A DNA stretch of 64,000 nucleotides from an uncultured Gammaproteobacteria bacterium (GTDB taxonomy: Bacteria > Patescibacteriota > Patescibacteriia > Magasanikbacterales > GCA-002688135). Below the pieces are notes generated by a model that was not told the DNA's origin, made no database searches, and saw only the letters and a program-made list of their open reading frames with translations. The position numbers were made by a program, and so were the translations under genes. How positions within the stretch are numbered: position 1 is the first letter of the stretch; each line of letters begins with the position of its first letter. The DNA lies in contig CAZHVT010000001.1 in NCBI GenBank assembly GCA_964536205.1, forward strand, positions 69,944-133,943, in the 5' to 3' direction. Of this stretch, positions 1-9,077 are shown in pieces.

Positions 1-91
1 CACTGCGAACTCGATCGAGTTGGGAGTTCACTGTGTCGCGAAGAGTGTCGAGTTGACGTTGCTGGGTACGAGAGAATTTCTTTTTAGCCAT
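1..91 (-). CDS. 5' end of a hypothetical protein running off the window (MAKKKFSRTQQRQLDTLRDTVNSQLDRVRS...)
   Basis: ATG at 91, AGGA SD, TTGACA(157-152)-17bp-TATCTT promoter on the minus strand; frame open to position 1. Confidence 0.6.
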   Translation of the reverse strand, partial: MAKKKFSRTQQRQLDTLRDTVNSQLDRVRS

Positions 92-214
92 TGCGATCCT
101 TTTATTTTGTGGTTTAAAGAGCGGTCATAAGATAACAACAATTTGGTTTGTTGTCAATAGGCTTTGAATTATGAATTATGAGAAACAAAAAACGCCCTTG
201 CGGGCGCTTTTGAA

Positions 215-240
215 TGGATTCCTGCCTTCGCGGGAATGAC
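215..240. repeat. CGTC/GTCAT-type REP palindrome monomer
   Basis: Reverse complement is GTCATTCCCGCGAAGGCAGGAATCCA; same family as the dimers at 6963, 38857, 49400, 54434 and 57981; next to terminator 187-211. Confidence 0.75.
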
Positions 241-245
241 AGTTT

Positions 246-2258
246 TTAAAGCATGAGTCCGACAATGAGAAGTGCGACGATGTTGATGATTTTGATCATG
301 GGGTTGATTGCTGGGCCGGCTGTGTCTTTGTAGGGATCTCCGACGGTGTCTCCAGTTACTGCTGCTGCGTGAGCGAATGATCCTTTACCGCCGTGGTTTC
401 CCATTTCAATGTATTTTTTTGCGTTGTCCCATGCGCCTCCTCCTGTTGCCATTGAGAATGCGAGGAAGATTCCAGTTACGATTGATCCAACTAATACACC
501 TCCCAAAGCAACTGGGCCGAGTATTGTTCCTACGAGAATTGGAACAACAATAGGTAACATCGCAGGAACGATCATTTGCACGATTGCGCCTTTTGTTACG
601 ATATCAACTGCAGCTGCATAATCTGGTTTTGCTTTGCGTTCCATGATGCCTGGGATTGCTTTGAATTGTCGGCGAACTTCCTCAACTACTTTTGCAGCGA
701 CTTTTCCAACTGCTTCCATTGCGTATGCTGCGAAAAGATAGGGGATCATTCCACCGATGAACAATCCAATGATAACCATAGGATCACCAAGTTCAAATAC
801 TAATTCTTTTCCGTGAGCGACGAATTCTTCTGTGTAGGCTGCGAATAAAACGAGGGCTGCCAATCCTGCAGATGCGATTGCGTATCCTTTGGTGACTGCT
901 TTTGTGGTGTTTCCAACTGCGTCGAGTGCATCTGTGACTTCGCGAACTTCGCTGTCGAGTTCTGCCATTTCTGCGATTCCACCGGCGTTATCTGTGATTG
1001 GTCCGTATGCATCGATCGCTACAATAATTCCGGTGAGAGATAGCATGCTCATTGCTGCGATCGCTACTCCGTATAAACCTGCGACATTGAATGATGCGAG
1101 AATTCCGGCTGCAATGACGATGACAGGAAGCGCGGTTGATTTCATTCCAACTGCCAATCCTGAAATGACGTTAGTTCCATGTCCTGATTCTGACGCTTTT
1201 GCAATTTCTTTTACCGGTGCGTAATCAGTTGATGTGTAATATTCTGTGAGCCACACTACTAATGCGGTAACACCCAATCCGATAAGTGCTGCGTAGGTGA
1301 GGTTTGTTGCAGTTAATCCTGGTGCAACTTGTTCGCCTCCAAATAACCATTTTGTGATGGGTTGAAATGCTGCTGCTGAAAGTACACCAGCGGCGATTAA
1401 TCCTTTATATAGCGCTCCCATGATATTTTTCTTTGGGCCGAGTTTGATGAAGAATGTTCCCAAAATTGATCCGATGATTGCAACTGCTCCGATCATCAAT
1501 GGATAGATGACCAATCCTGGTGAGTTTGGATACAACAATCCACCGAGTAACATGGTTGCAACAGCAGTTACTGCATATGTTTCAAATAAGTCCGCTGCCA
1601 TTCCTGCGCAATCTCCTACGTTGTCTCCAACAAGGTCTGCGATAGCTGCGGGGTTTCGTGGGTCATCTTCTGGAATTCCTTTTTCAACTTTTCCGACGAG
1701 GTCTCCTCCGACGTCTGCGCCTTTGGTGAAAATTCCTCCACCTAATCGGGCGAACACAGAAATGAGTGATCCTCCGAATCCTAATCCGATGAGTGCTTGA
1801 GTGCTTCCATCAAATAACATGTAGACACCAGTCACACCGAGTAATCCTAATCCAACCACAAGCATTCCTGTTACGGCTCCACCTTTAACCGCAACATCCA
1901 TAGCTTTTTGCATAGATGATTTTGCAGCTTGTGCGGTTCGGAGATTTGCTTGCACACTGGTGAGCATGCCGAAAATTCCAGCGAGTCCGGAGAGGACTGC
2001 GCCGATGGCGAATCCTAATGCTGAATCAAGTGACAAAAATTGCCACAACAGAATGAAAACTACGAGCCCGATCGCTGCGATAGTTTTATATTGTCGAGTT
2101 AAGTACGCTCGTGCGCCGATTTGAATAGCGCGTGCGATCGCTTTCATGCGATCATCTCCTTGTGATTGCTTGAGAATCCATTTCATGGCGATGATGCCAT
2201 ATAAGATTCCCGCGGCTGCTGCCAATAAGGCAAGATTCTCGGGAGTGATATTACCCAT
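246..2258 (-). CDS. hppA: Membrane-bound H+-translocating pyrophosphatase, K+-independent type
   Basis: [37 protein letters not shown] and [14 protein letters not shown] motifs; Lys in GNTTKA marks the K+-independent subfamily. Confidence 0.95.
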   Translation of the reverse strand: MGNITPENLALLAAAAGILYGIIAMKWILKQSQGDDRMKAIARAIQIGARAYLTRQYKTIAAIGLVVFILLWQFLSLDSALGFAIGAVLSGLAGIFGMLTSVQANLRTAQAAKSSMQKAMDVAVKGGAVTGMLVVGLGLLGVTGVYMLFDGSTQALIGLGFGGSLISVFARLGGGIFTKGADVGGDLVGKVEKGIPEDDPRNPAAIADLVGDNVGDCAGMAADLFETYAVTAVATMLLGGLLYPNSPGLVIYPLMIGAVAIIGSILGTFFIKLGPKKNIMGALYKGLIAAGVLSAAAFQPITKWLFGGEQVAPGLTATNLTYAALIGLGVTALVVWLTEYYTSTDYAPVKEIAKASESGHGTNVISGLAVGMKSTALPVIVIAAGILASFNVAGLYGVAIAAMSMLSLTGIIVAIDAYGPITDNAGGIAEMAELDSEVREVTDALDAVGNTTKAVTKGYAIASAGLAALVLFAAYTEEFVAHGKELVFELGDPMVIIGLFIGGMIPYLFAAYAMEAVGKVAAKVVEEVRRQFKAIPGIMERKAKPDYAAAVDIVTKGAIVQMIVPAMLPIVVPILVGTILGPVALGGVLVGSIVTGIFLAFSMATGGGAWDNAKKYIEMGNHGGKGSFAHAAAVTGDTVGDPYKDTAGPAINPMIKIINIVALLIVGLML

Positions 2259-2336
2259 ATCTATTAGAGGTTTTAATTATAGTGATCATAGTATGACCAT
2301 TTTTTGAGAAAACGTCAATTGGATGTCGTAAGGTGT

Positions 2337-2452
2337 CGTAACGCGTAACTCGTAAAGCGTAACTCGGGCAATGAGTCGCCGAAGGTGACGATTTATAGAT
2401 TATCGCTTTACGATGCGTTGCCCGCTTTACGAATTACGCTTTACGAGTTACT
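2337..2452. repeat. Heptamer-built inverted repeat, family B (CGTAAxx ... xxTTACG) with GTCGCCGAAGGTGAC core
   Basis: Tandem CGTAACG/CGTAACT/CGTAAAG units mirrored by TTACG units; relatives at 20585-20705 and 36518-36575. Confidence 0.75.
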
Positions 2453-2461
2453 ATTATTTGC

Positions 2462-3727
2462 ATGAAACGATTCGGATTAAACATCCTGCTGACACTGTTC
2501 CGCTGGCTTGTTTTGCTGAAACGCGCACTCATTCGCAGCGTCTTTTGGGTAGGTCGACATTTTCGACCTGCTTTTGTTTTTTTAGGGAAAATTTTGGTTT
2601 TGCCGGTGTATTCGATGGTGGTGAAAGTTTTGCGTCGATTTACACGAGCTCGAGTTACAAAGGTTTCTGTTCGCGAGATGTTAGGATTTGATCGTTTGCC
2701 GATGATTTTAGCTGTGGCGATGATTGGTGTTTTGTTTATTGGAGATTCTCGTGTGTTTGCTGGTGAGCCATCTCGTGGAGATGTTTTGTTGGTTGCGATG
2801 TTTCCGCAAAATACTCATGGTGAGCGTGTGATTGGTCAGTATGTTGATGATGAGGAGTTTGAGGAATTGGTTGCGCCATCTGCAGAAGAGCTTCCTTTTG
2901 GTGGTACTGTTGCCGGTGGTCGTGCGATTGTTGCTCCGTCTACGTTGCCGGGTGCGCCTGAAGAAGGTGAGCGACGTTCGACATCAAATTACGTGGTGAA
3001 ACCTGGAGATACGATTGGTGCGATTGCTGAGCGTTTTGGTGTGAGTGTTGAGACAGTGTTGTGGGAAAATGGTTTATCGTCTCGATCAAGAATTCGTCCG
3101 GGAGATATTTTGAAAATTTTGCCGACAACTGGTGTGAAGCATACAGTTAAAAAAGGTGATACGTTGAATAAGATTGCAAATAAATATGATGTTGAGATTG
3201 AGAAAGTTTTGTCGGTTAATCGTTTGGATGCGGAATCTAAAATTGCGATTGGTGAGTCTTTGTTGATTCCGGACGGTCGTCCGATTCGTCGTGCGGCTCC
3301 TGTTTCGCGTCGATCTTCATTTGCGGTGCGTGCTCCTGTTGCGGTTCCAAGTGCATCTGATAGTGGCACAGAATTATTATGGCCAACTTCCGGGCGTGTG
3401 ATTACACAGTATTATCATGGTCGACATTCTGGTTTGGATATTGATGGTCATTATGATTCACCTTTGTATGCATCTGAAGATGGTGTTGTGGTGACTGCGG
3501 GTTGGAATCGTGGTGGATATGGAAATTATATTATTATTGATCATGGAGGTGGTTTGAAGACGTTGTATGCGCATGCTTCGAAAATGTTTGTTGTGAAGGG
3601 GCAACGTGTTTCTCGTGGGGAGGTTATTGCGATGGTTGGTACGACAGGGCGATCGACAGGAACACATCTTCATTACGAAGTGCGTGTGGGGAATCGACGA
3701 ATGAACCCTCTCAGGTATACGCGTTGA
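2462..3727 (+). CDS. LysM-domain M23 metallo-endopeptidase (membrane anchored)
   Basis: Two LysM repeats (YVVKPGDTIGAIA, HTVKKGDTLNKIA), HSGLDID and HLHYEV M23 motifs. Confidence 0.92.
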   Translation: MKRFGLNILLTLFRWLVLLKRALIRSVFWVGRHFRPAFVFLGKILVLPVYSMVVKVLRRFTRARVTKVSVREMLGFDRLPMILAVAMIGVLFIGDSRVFAGEPSRGDVLLVAMFPQNTHGERVIGQYVDDEEFEELVAPSAEELPFGGTVAGGRAIVAPSTLPGAPEEGERRSTSNYVVKPGDTIGAIAERFGVSVETVLWENGLSSRSRIRPGDILKILPTTGVKHTVKKGDTLNKIANKYDVEIEKVLSVNRLDAESKIAIGESLLIPDGRPIRRAAPVSRRSSFAVRAPVAVPSASDSGTELLWPTSGRVITQYYHGRHSGLDIDGHYDSPLYASEDGVVVTAGWNRGGYGNYIIIDHGGGLKTLYAHASKMFVVKGQRVSRGEVIAMVGTTGRSTGTHLHYEVRVGNRRMNPLRYTR

Positions 3728-3917
3728 TGTTCCAGCACTGCACACTTCATCCAAATCTGAGAGCCTTGTGGTGTACGTGAGTTCGTAGTTGCTAATTTTA
3801 GAGAATAATTTATATTTTTAAAAAGGTGCGACTTTAATGTTGTATCTTTTTTTTATATTTTGTGGTAAAATATTTTATAAAATAAACATTTAAAGCGCGT
3901 TGCGCTGCATCATGCAT

Positions 3918-6077
3918 ATGCCTAAATCAGAACCCTCATTGCCAGCTCAAGATGAGTCTAAAAAAGATTTTTTAGGTTTGGATTCTGCGCATGTAGATGA
4001 AATGCCAGAACCTTCCGCGCTTGATGAAGTGATGGAATATGGAAAGCGAGAAGGCGATGCCTTGTCGCGTCGACATGAGAAAAAGCGTCTTGGTATTGAG
4101 GGTGAAACGCCGATGCTGGATGAAGTGATGGCAGATGCGCAGCGTGAGGGTGATGCGTTGTCAGATAATATTGAGTCAAATAATCGCGCAGCTGCTATTA
4201 AGCGCTTAATGAAGGTTGATCGGAATTTGTTACGAGAGTTGCGTGAGAGTGGTGAATTGGATGAAATGAGTTTGCATGAGATTAATCAGTTGGGCATTGA
4301 GACTGGATTAGAGAAAGATCGTCTCACAGGAGAACGTAATGAAGCAGCTGCGAGATATGCTGCGGCGCGAGATATGGGTTTTCATAAAACGCCAGATGAT
4401 AAGTATCGAGATCGTGGGGACATGGCTGAAGAAAAGTGGAGAGCGCTTGTTGATGTAATAAACCAATTGAATGGGCGTAAAATTGGATGGTTTTCGAAAA
4501 TTAAGTTTAATGGGAAGATTGGAGGTTTTGATGGTTCGATGAGAGGTTTAGAAATGAAAAATGAATTAAAAGCTGAAGCATATTTTGAAAAGAAGAATGA
4601 TGAAGAGGGTTTGTCTTTACTTGATGAGTACGATCGATTGTTGGGTGAGTTTCGAGCTCATTCTCATGATCTGACTTCAGGTGGTGAGGTTGATCGTATT
4701 GGTGTAGCTTCGGCAGAACAGTTTGATATTGGAAAGAATGAAGGAGCAGAAGCATATCGAGACGAAGCATTTGATGATGCTGCTTTTGATGCGGCGCCCG
4801 CAACTATTCCTGAAATGCCGGCTGTTATTGCGGAGGAAACGCCAACGGTTCGTGAAATGCCTTCTCTGGAGGGTGAGTTGAGTGATGCAGATATTGTTGA
4901 GGAGACACCTACTGTGCAAGAGATGCCTCGTGCTGAAACGCTGCCATATGTGCCAGTAGATGAAACTCCAACACTAGCAGATGTGGAGCCTGCGAATTCA
5001 AGATTTGAGACAGCTGAAGCTGAAATGGAATTTGCGACGTCTGAAACATTAGCCGCGGTTCCTACAGAAGCTGTGACTGAAAGAGATATGGAGGCTGCGA
5101 AATTGCCGAAAGCAACAGAGGAGTATGTTGATTACGCAGCGGTTGAGCGAGGTGCAAAAAAACGAGATAAAGAGGCGGGGGCACAGGCTGCGGAACGCGC
5201 TTATCAGAGTATTCGTAGAGAATCTCAATATCTGATTAATAGCATTCCGATGGATGAGGATGCGAAAAAAATGTTGATGAATGATACATATTTTGCTCAT
5301 CGTGTGCAGGATCATAAAGATGCTGCCGGAAATGTTGATCTTGCGAGTGTCGTTTCTGAATATCAGGATTATTTGGATGAGTGGTTTGATTTTCATGGTT
5401 TGCTTAATTCGCGAGGAAAATTACGAGGTAGTGCTGTGCGAAATGCAATAAAGGAAGGTATTAGTCGCGAGCGTATTGATGCGCAATATAAGTTGTTGGT
5501 ACAGATGGATGATTTGCTTGATTATGCGACAGGAAACTCTGTTTCAGTTGCGAATATGCCTGGTGCTTCTGGTGGGCGGCGTGTTGCGGCTGTGCAACGT
5601 AGAGCTGCTGAAGTTTCTCCTCCGCCTTTTGATCCTCCAACTGAAATTCCTGCTCGTGAAATTCCGCCACCACTTCCGGGTCAAAAAGAAACTGTTGAAT
5701 CAATGGAGGTTGCAGATGAGGATTTGCATGAGGTGCTTTCAACTGACGAGGTTATTGATTTGATTGATTCTTTGGCCGTTGGTGAGGAGAATAAAATAGC
5801 GTTGTATGATCGTAGATTTATGGATGCGGTTACAGATGCGAATGGTGACGTATTGTCAGCATCAGGTGCGGCGCTTGCTGAAGTTGAGGGTAATCTTGAG
5901 GCACTAGGAGTGAAGTTTTCAAAGGACGGTACTATCGATGGACGTTCAGCTCGAAAGTTTGCAGACACTGATGATTACAAATTGTACGCCGCTTTGAAAG
6001 AGCTGCAGCAGTCAATGTTGCATAGCCGTTCGCCTGGAAAAGCTGAAGAGATGAGAGGGCGATTTAACGCTGGATAG
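3918..6077 (+). CDS. Large acidic hypothetical protein with internal repeats
   Basis: ~720-aa ORF with host-like codon usage; LDEVM..REGDALS x2, E(E/D)TPT repeats, PPPLP; terminator 6098-6123. Confidence 0.8.
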   Translation: MPKSEPSLPAQDESKKDFLGLDSAHVDEMPEPSALDEVMEYGKREGDALSRRHEKKRLGIEGETPMLDEVMADAQREGDALSDNIESNNRAAAIKRLMKVDRNLLRELRESGELDEMSLHEINQLGIETGLEKDRLTGERNEAAARYAAARDMGFHKTPDDKYRDRGDMAEEKWRALVDVINQLNGRKIGWFSKIKFNGKIGGFDGSMRGLEMKNELKAEAYFEKKNDEEGLSLLDEYDRLLGEFRAHSHDLTSGGEVDRIGVASAEQFDIGKNEGAEAYRDEAFDDAAFDAAPATIPEMPAVIAEETPTVREMPSLEGELSDADIVEETPTVQEMPRAETLPYVPVDETPTLADVEPANSRFETAEAEMEFATSETLAAVPTEAVTERDMEAAKLPKATEEYVDYAAVERGAKKRDKEAGAQAAERAYQSIRRESQYLINSIPMDEDAKKMLMNDTYFAHRVQDHKDAAGNVDLASVVSEYQDYLDEWFDFHGLLNSRGKLRGSAVRNAIKEGISRERIDAQYKLLVQMDDLLDYATGNSVSVANMPGASGGRRVAAVQRRAAEVSPPPFDPPTEIPAREIPPPLPGQKETVESMEVADEDLHEVLSTDEVIDLIDSLAVGEENKIALYDRRFMDAVTDANGDVLSASGAALAEVEGNLEALGVKFSKDGTIDGRSARKFADTDDYKLYAALKELQQSMLHSRSPGKAEEMRGRFNAG

Positions 6078-6219
6078 ATTCAAAATTAGATTTAAAACAA
6101 AAAACGCTATATGGCGTTTTTTGTTGTGTGGGGTTGACAACATCATTAATTTGCGATATAGTCTTTTTAACGTTCATTTACCAATTTTTTAACTCCAGCT
6201 CATCCTAAAGGAGGATGTC

Positions 6220-6615
6220 ATGATGTGCTTGGTAGGTTCTCTGTTCCGTTTCTATTTTGAGACACAAGAATCTCGATTGCATCTTTTTTTCATGCCAACT
6301 GATGGTGTTGTCGGGCAGATGGTTAACCTCAAGGGTGTTGTTGATGTGTCGTACTCGGGAGCTCAATTTAAGTTGTGTGGTTCGCCAGTTGTCGTTCGGC
6401 GTGGAAAGCATGATGCTTTTACTGGCATGACTGGCGTGACGTGGGATGCGGTTTGTGAGTCTGATCCAGGCTGGGTGGCTCGTGATTTGCCGCGAGATCG
6501 ACCGCGTGGCGTAATTCTTACGTTTAGTAACGGTAATGAGTATCAATTGATCGCAGCTAATGAGAATGATTTTCAGCGCTGGGAGCGTATGAAAGCGGCA
6601 GCGGAGGCAGCATGA
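6220..6615 (+). CDS. Hypothetical protein (self-contained ORFan cassette)
   Basis: TTGACA 6134-17bp-TATAGT, AAGGAGG SD, terminator 6628-6655. Confidence 0.7.
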   Translation: MMCLVGSLFRFYFETQESRLHLFFMPTDGVVGQMVNLKGVVDVSYSGAQFKLCGSPVVVRRGKHDAFTGMTGVTWDAVCESDPGWVARDLPRDRPRGVILTFSNGNEYQLIAANENDFQRWERMKAAAEAA

Positions 6616-6653
6616 AGGATTGGTAATAACCTTGTTGAAATAACAAGGTTTTT

Positions 6654-6896
6654 TTAATTTTTGATTAGTTTAAGTTTGTCGTTTCGAGAGAGTTGTTTGA
6701 TGCGGTATTCTTCTTTTTGGGCTTGAGATCTGTTTTTGTATTTTTTTGAGTAGACGAGTTTTACGGGGCGGCGGGCGCGGGTGTATTTTGATCCTTTATC
6801 CGAAGAATTATGTTCTTCTATTCTTTTTTGTAGATCGATGGCGACGCCGGTATATAGTGTTTTGTCTGAGCATTTTGCTATGTATACGAAAAACAT
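6654..6896 (-). CDS. GIY-YIG nuclease family protein (UPF0213/YhbQ-like)
   Basis: FVYIAKCSDKTLYTG..RIEEHN..KGSKYTRARRPV..E..IKQLSR. Confidence 0.9.
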   Translation of the reverse strand: MFFVYIAKCSDKTLYTGVAIDLQKRIEEHNSSDKGSKYTRARRPVKLVYSKKYKNRSQAQKEEYRIKQLSRNDKLKLIKN

Positions 6897-7037
6897 AAAG
6901 TAAAAGTAAAAACGAAAAAGTTAAAACCACAATTTAAAATTCAAAGATGCCGAGCGTAGCGAGTCATTCCGTAGTCGTACGGAATCTATGTTGGGGGTGG
7001 TGTTGTGATGATGGATCCCGTACGACTACAGGATGAT
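6897..7037. repeat. Composite repeat: A-rich unit plus GTCAT REP dimer
   Basis: TAAAAGTAAAAACGAAAAAGTTAAAACCACAATTTAAAATTCAAAG followed by GTCATTCCGTAGTCGTACGGAATC...GGATCCCGTACGACTACAGGATGA; a similar composite lies at 49342-49474. Confidence 0.8.
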
Positions 7038-7113
7038 AATGTATGCATATTGGTTGACATTTGGTGAGAATCTTGGTATTCTTTGGTTATCGAACTTTTT
7101 GGGAGGCTTTGTT

Positions 7114-7242
7114 TTGAAGTGTTCACTTATTGGTTTGTCGGTGATTCCGATCGATGATCAGCTGACTGATGGTGGTTGTATTCTGCCGGATGGCGGATGC
7201 ATTCTGCCGGATGGCGGGAAGATCAGCGATGGTGGTCACTGA
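7114..7242 (+). CDS. 42-aa peptide with DGG repeats (MKCSLIGLSVIPIDDQLTDGGCILPDGGCILPDGGKISDGGH)
   Basis: TTGACA 7054-17bp-TATTCT, GGGAGG SD 7 nt before TTG, terminator ~7271-7293; the repeats differ only at synonymous positions. Confidence 0.6.
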   Translation: MKCSLIGLSVIPIDDQLTDGGCILPDGGCILPDGGKISDGGH

Positions 7243-7291
7243 AATCCAGGGATTTCGAGTGACTGCTTTACCCTACTACGGTGGGGTTTTT

Positions 7292-8794
7292 TTATTGCAC
7301 GCGCATTTGGAGGGCTTGGGCGATGTGGTCTGTTTTTATGTTTTCGGATTCATTGAGGTCGGCGATGGTGCGGGCTACTTTTAATGTTCTGTGTAATGCG
7401 CGACCGGAGAGGTGGAGTTGGTTGTAGGCGTGTCTCAATAATTCTCGTGATTCATCATTTATTGTACAGAATTTTTCGATTTGTTTGATGTTCATGTTGG
7501 CGTTGTTGGTTTTTGGGATTCTTGCGTAGGCTTGGTTTCGAGCTGCTTCAACTTTTTTTCTGATGTTTTCGGATGATTCTTCTGAGTGATTATTCGATTG
7601 TAATGTTTCAAACGGGATTCGTCTGACATCAATCCGTAAATCGATTCTATCTAATAATGGCCCTGAAACTTTCTTTTGATAATGTAATAATTGTGCGGCA
7701 GTGCACATGCATGGTTTTTCTTCATCGCCTGCATAGCCGCACGGGCATGGATTTTGCGCAGCGACTAAAATGAAATTTGCAGGATAGGTGAATGTTCCCT
7801 GCGCGCGAGCTATCGTGACATGTCCATCTTCTAAGGGTTGTCGTAAAATTTCTAAAACGTTTCGGGGGAATTCTGGGAATTCATCTAAAAATAATAATCC
7901 GTGATGTGCGAGTGAAATTTCTCCGGGTTTTGGAATGCGTCCGCCACCAGTTAACGAGACTGCAGAAGAGGTATGGTGAGGTGTGCGGAATGGGCGTTGT
8001 GTCACTAATGATCCAGCCTGTTTTGTTAATCCGCACACAGAATATAATCGCGTGACATCTAAACATTCATCTTGTGTCATTTCCGGCATGATGGATGGAA
8101 GTGCGCGAGCGAGTAATGTTTTTCCTGCGCCCGGTGGGCCTGAGAGTAAAATGTTATGCCCGCCAGCCGCTGCGATCATCATAGCTTGTTTGGCGAATGC
8201 TTGTCCTTTGATATCTGCGAAATCTCTCACTTCTTGATTTTTGGTTTTTTCGATGTGTTGTTTTTGAGATGTTTCGATTTTTTCTTTATCTGAAATGTGT
8301 CGAAATATATCTGTGAGTGTTTTGCAACTTTTTATTGTTATGTCTGGTACAAGCAGTGCTTCCAATGCATTATCTCTCGGCACAAACAATTCTGTAATTC
8401 CTGCTTTTTTTGCTGCGAGCGCAATTGGCAGCATTCCATTTATTGGTCTGATTGATCCATCTAATGCGCATTCCCCAACAAATAAACAATTTTTTAAGTC
8501 AGGTTTTATTTTATAGACGTTGCATAATAGTCCAACTGCAATTGGTACATCAAAACCAGTTCCTTCTTTTGGAAGATCTGCGGGGGCGAGGTTTATGGTG
8601 ATTCGATAACTTGATGGGAAATCTAGTGAGCTGTTTTTACATGCTGCGCGAATTCGTTCTTTTGCTTCTTTCACGCTCGCATCTGGTAATCCCACTACTT
8701 GCCAGCCGGGGAAACCTTGTGATGTATCAACTTCAACATCAACAATCACGCCCTCGATTCCTTTTATTGCGGCTGTTTTTATGATGGAGAGCAT
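7292..8794 (-). CDS. comM: YifB/ComM Mg-chelatase-like AAA+ ATPase
   Basis: VGLPDASVKEAKERI, INLAPADLPKEG, GPPGAGKT, PFRTPHH, LFLDEFPEF, NPCPCG. Confidence 0.93.
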   Translation of the reverse strand: MLSIIKTAAIKGIEGVIVDVEVDTSQGFPGWQVVGLPDASVKEAKERIRAACKNSSLDFPSSYRITINLAPADLPKEGTGFDVPIAVGLLCNVYKIKPDLKNCLFVGECALDGSIRPINGMLPIALAAKKAGITELFVPRDNALEALLVPDITIKSCKTLTDIFRHISDKEKIETSQKQHIEKTKNQEVRDFADIKGQAFAKQAMMIAAAGGHNILLSGPPGAGKTLLARALPSIMPEMTQDECLDVTRLYSVCGLTKQAGSLVTQRPFRTPHHTSSAVSLTGGGRIPKPGEISLAHHGLLFLDEFPEFPRNVLEILRQPLEDGHVTIARAQGTFTYPANFILVAAQNPCPCGYAGDEEKPCMCTAAQLLHYQKKVSGPLLDRIDLRIDVRRIPFETLQSNNHSEESSENIRKKVEAARNQAYARIPKTNNANMNIKQIEKFCTINDESRELLRHAYNQLHLSGRALHRTLKVARTIADLNESENIKTDHIAQALQMRVQ

Positions 8795-8895
8795 GTGTTC
8801 GAGAAAGCTAAAAAACGAGAAAACTAAAAAGCGATCTTAATTGCGTTTCGATGCTTTGGTTGTTAAAATAATTGTCTATTACTATAGCATACCAT

Positions 8896-9075
8896 ATGAC
8901 TCAAGATCCTATTGATGAACAAGTTGATCGTGCAGCTCAAGCTGTGCAGAAATTTGCAGATCGTCAAAAAGAAATCGTTCAACAGAGAGATGAAGCGATG
9001 AATCGTATTGTGAAAGATGCGGAGTTGAAAAAGGCTGATGCGATCAAGGCGGATTTACAAAATAATCAATCCTAA
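8896..9075 (+). CDS. Small coiled-coil hypothetical protein
   Basis: 59-aa helical ORF ending 2 nt before the next gene. Confidence 0.6.
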   Translation: MTQDPIDEQVDRAAQAVQKFADRQKEIVQQRDEAMNRIVKDAELKKADAIKADLQNNQS

Positions 9076-9077
9076 GT

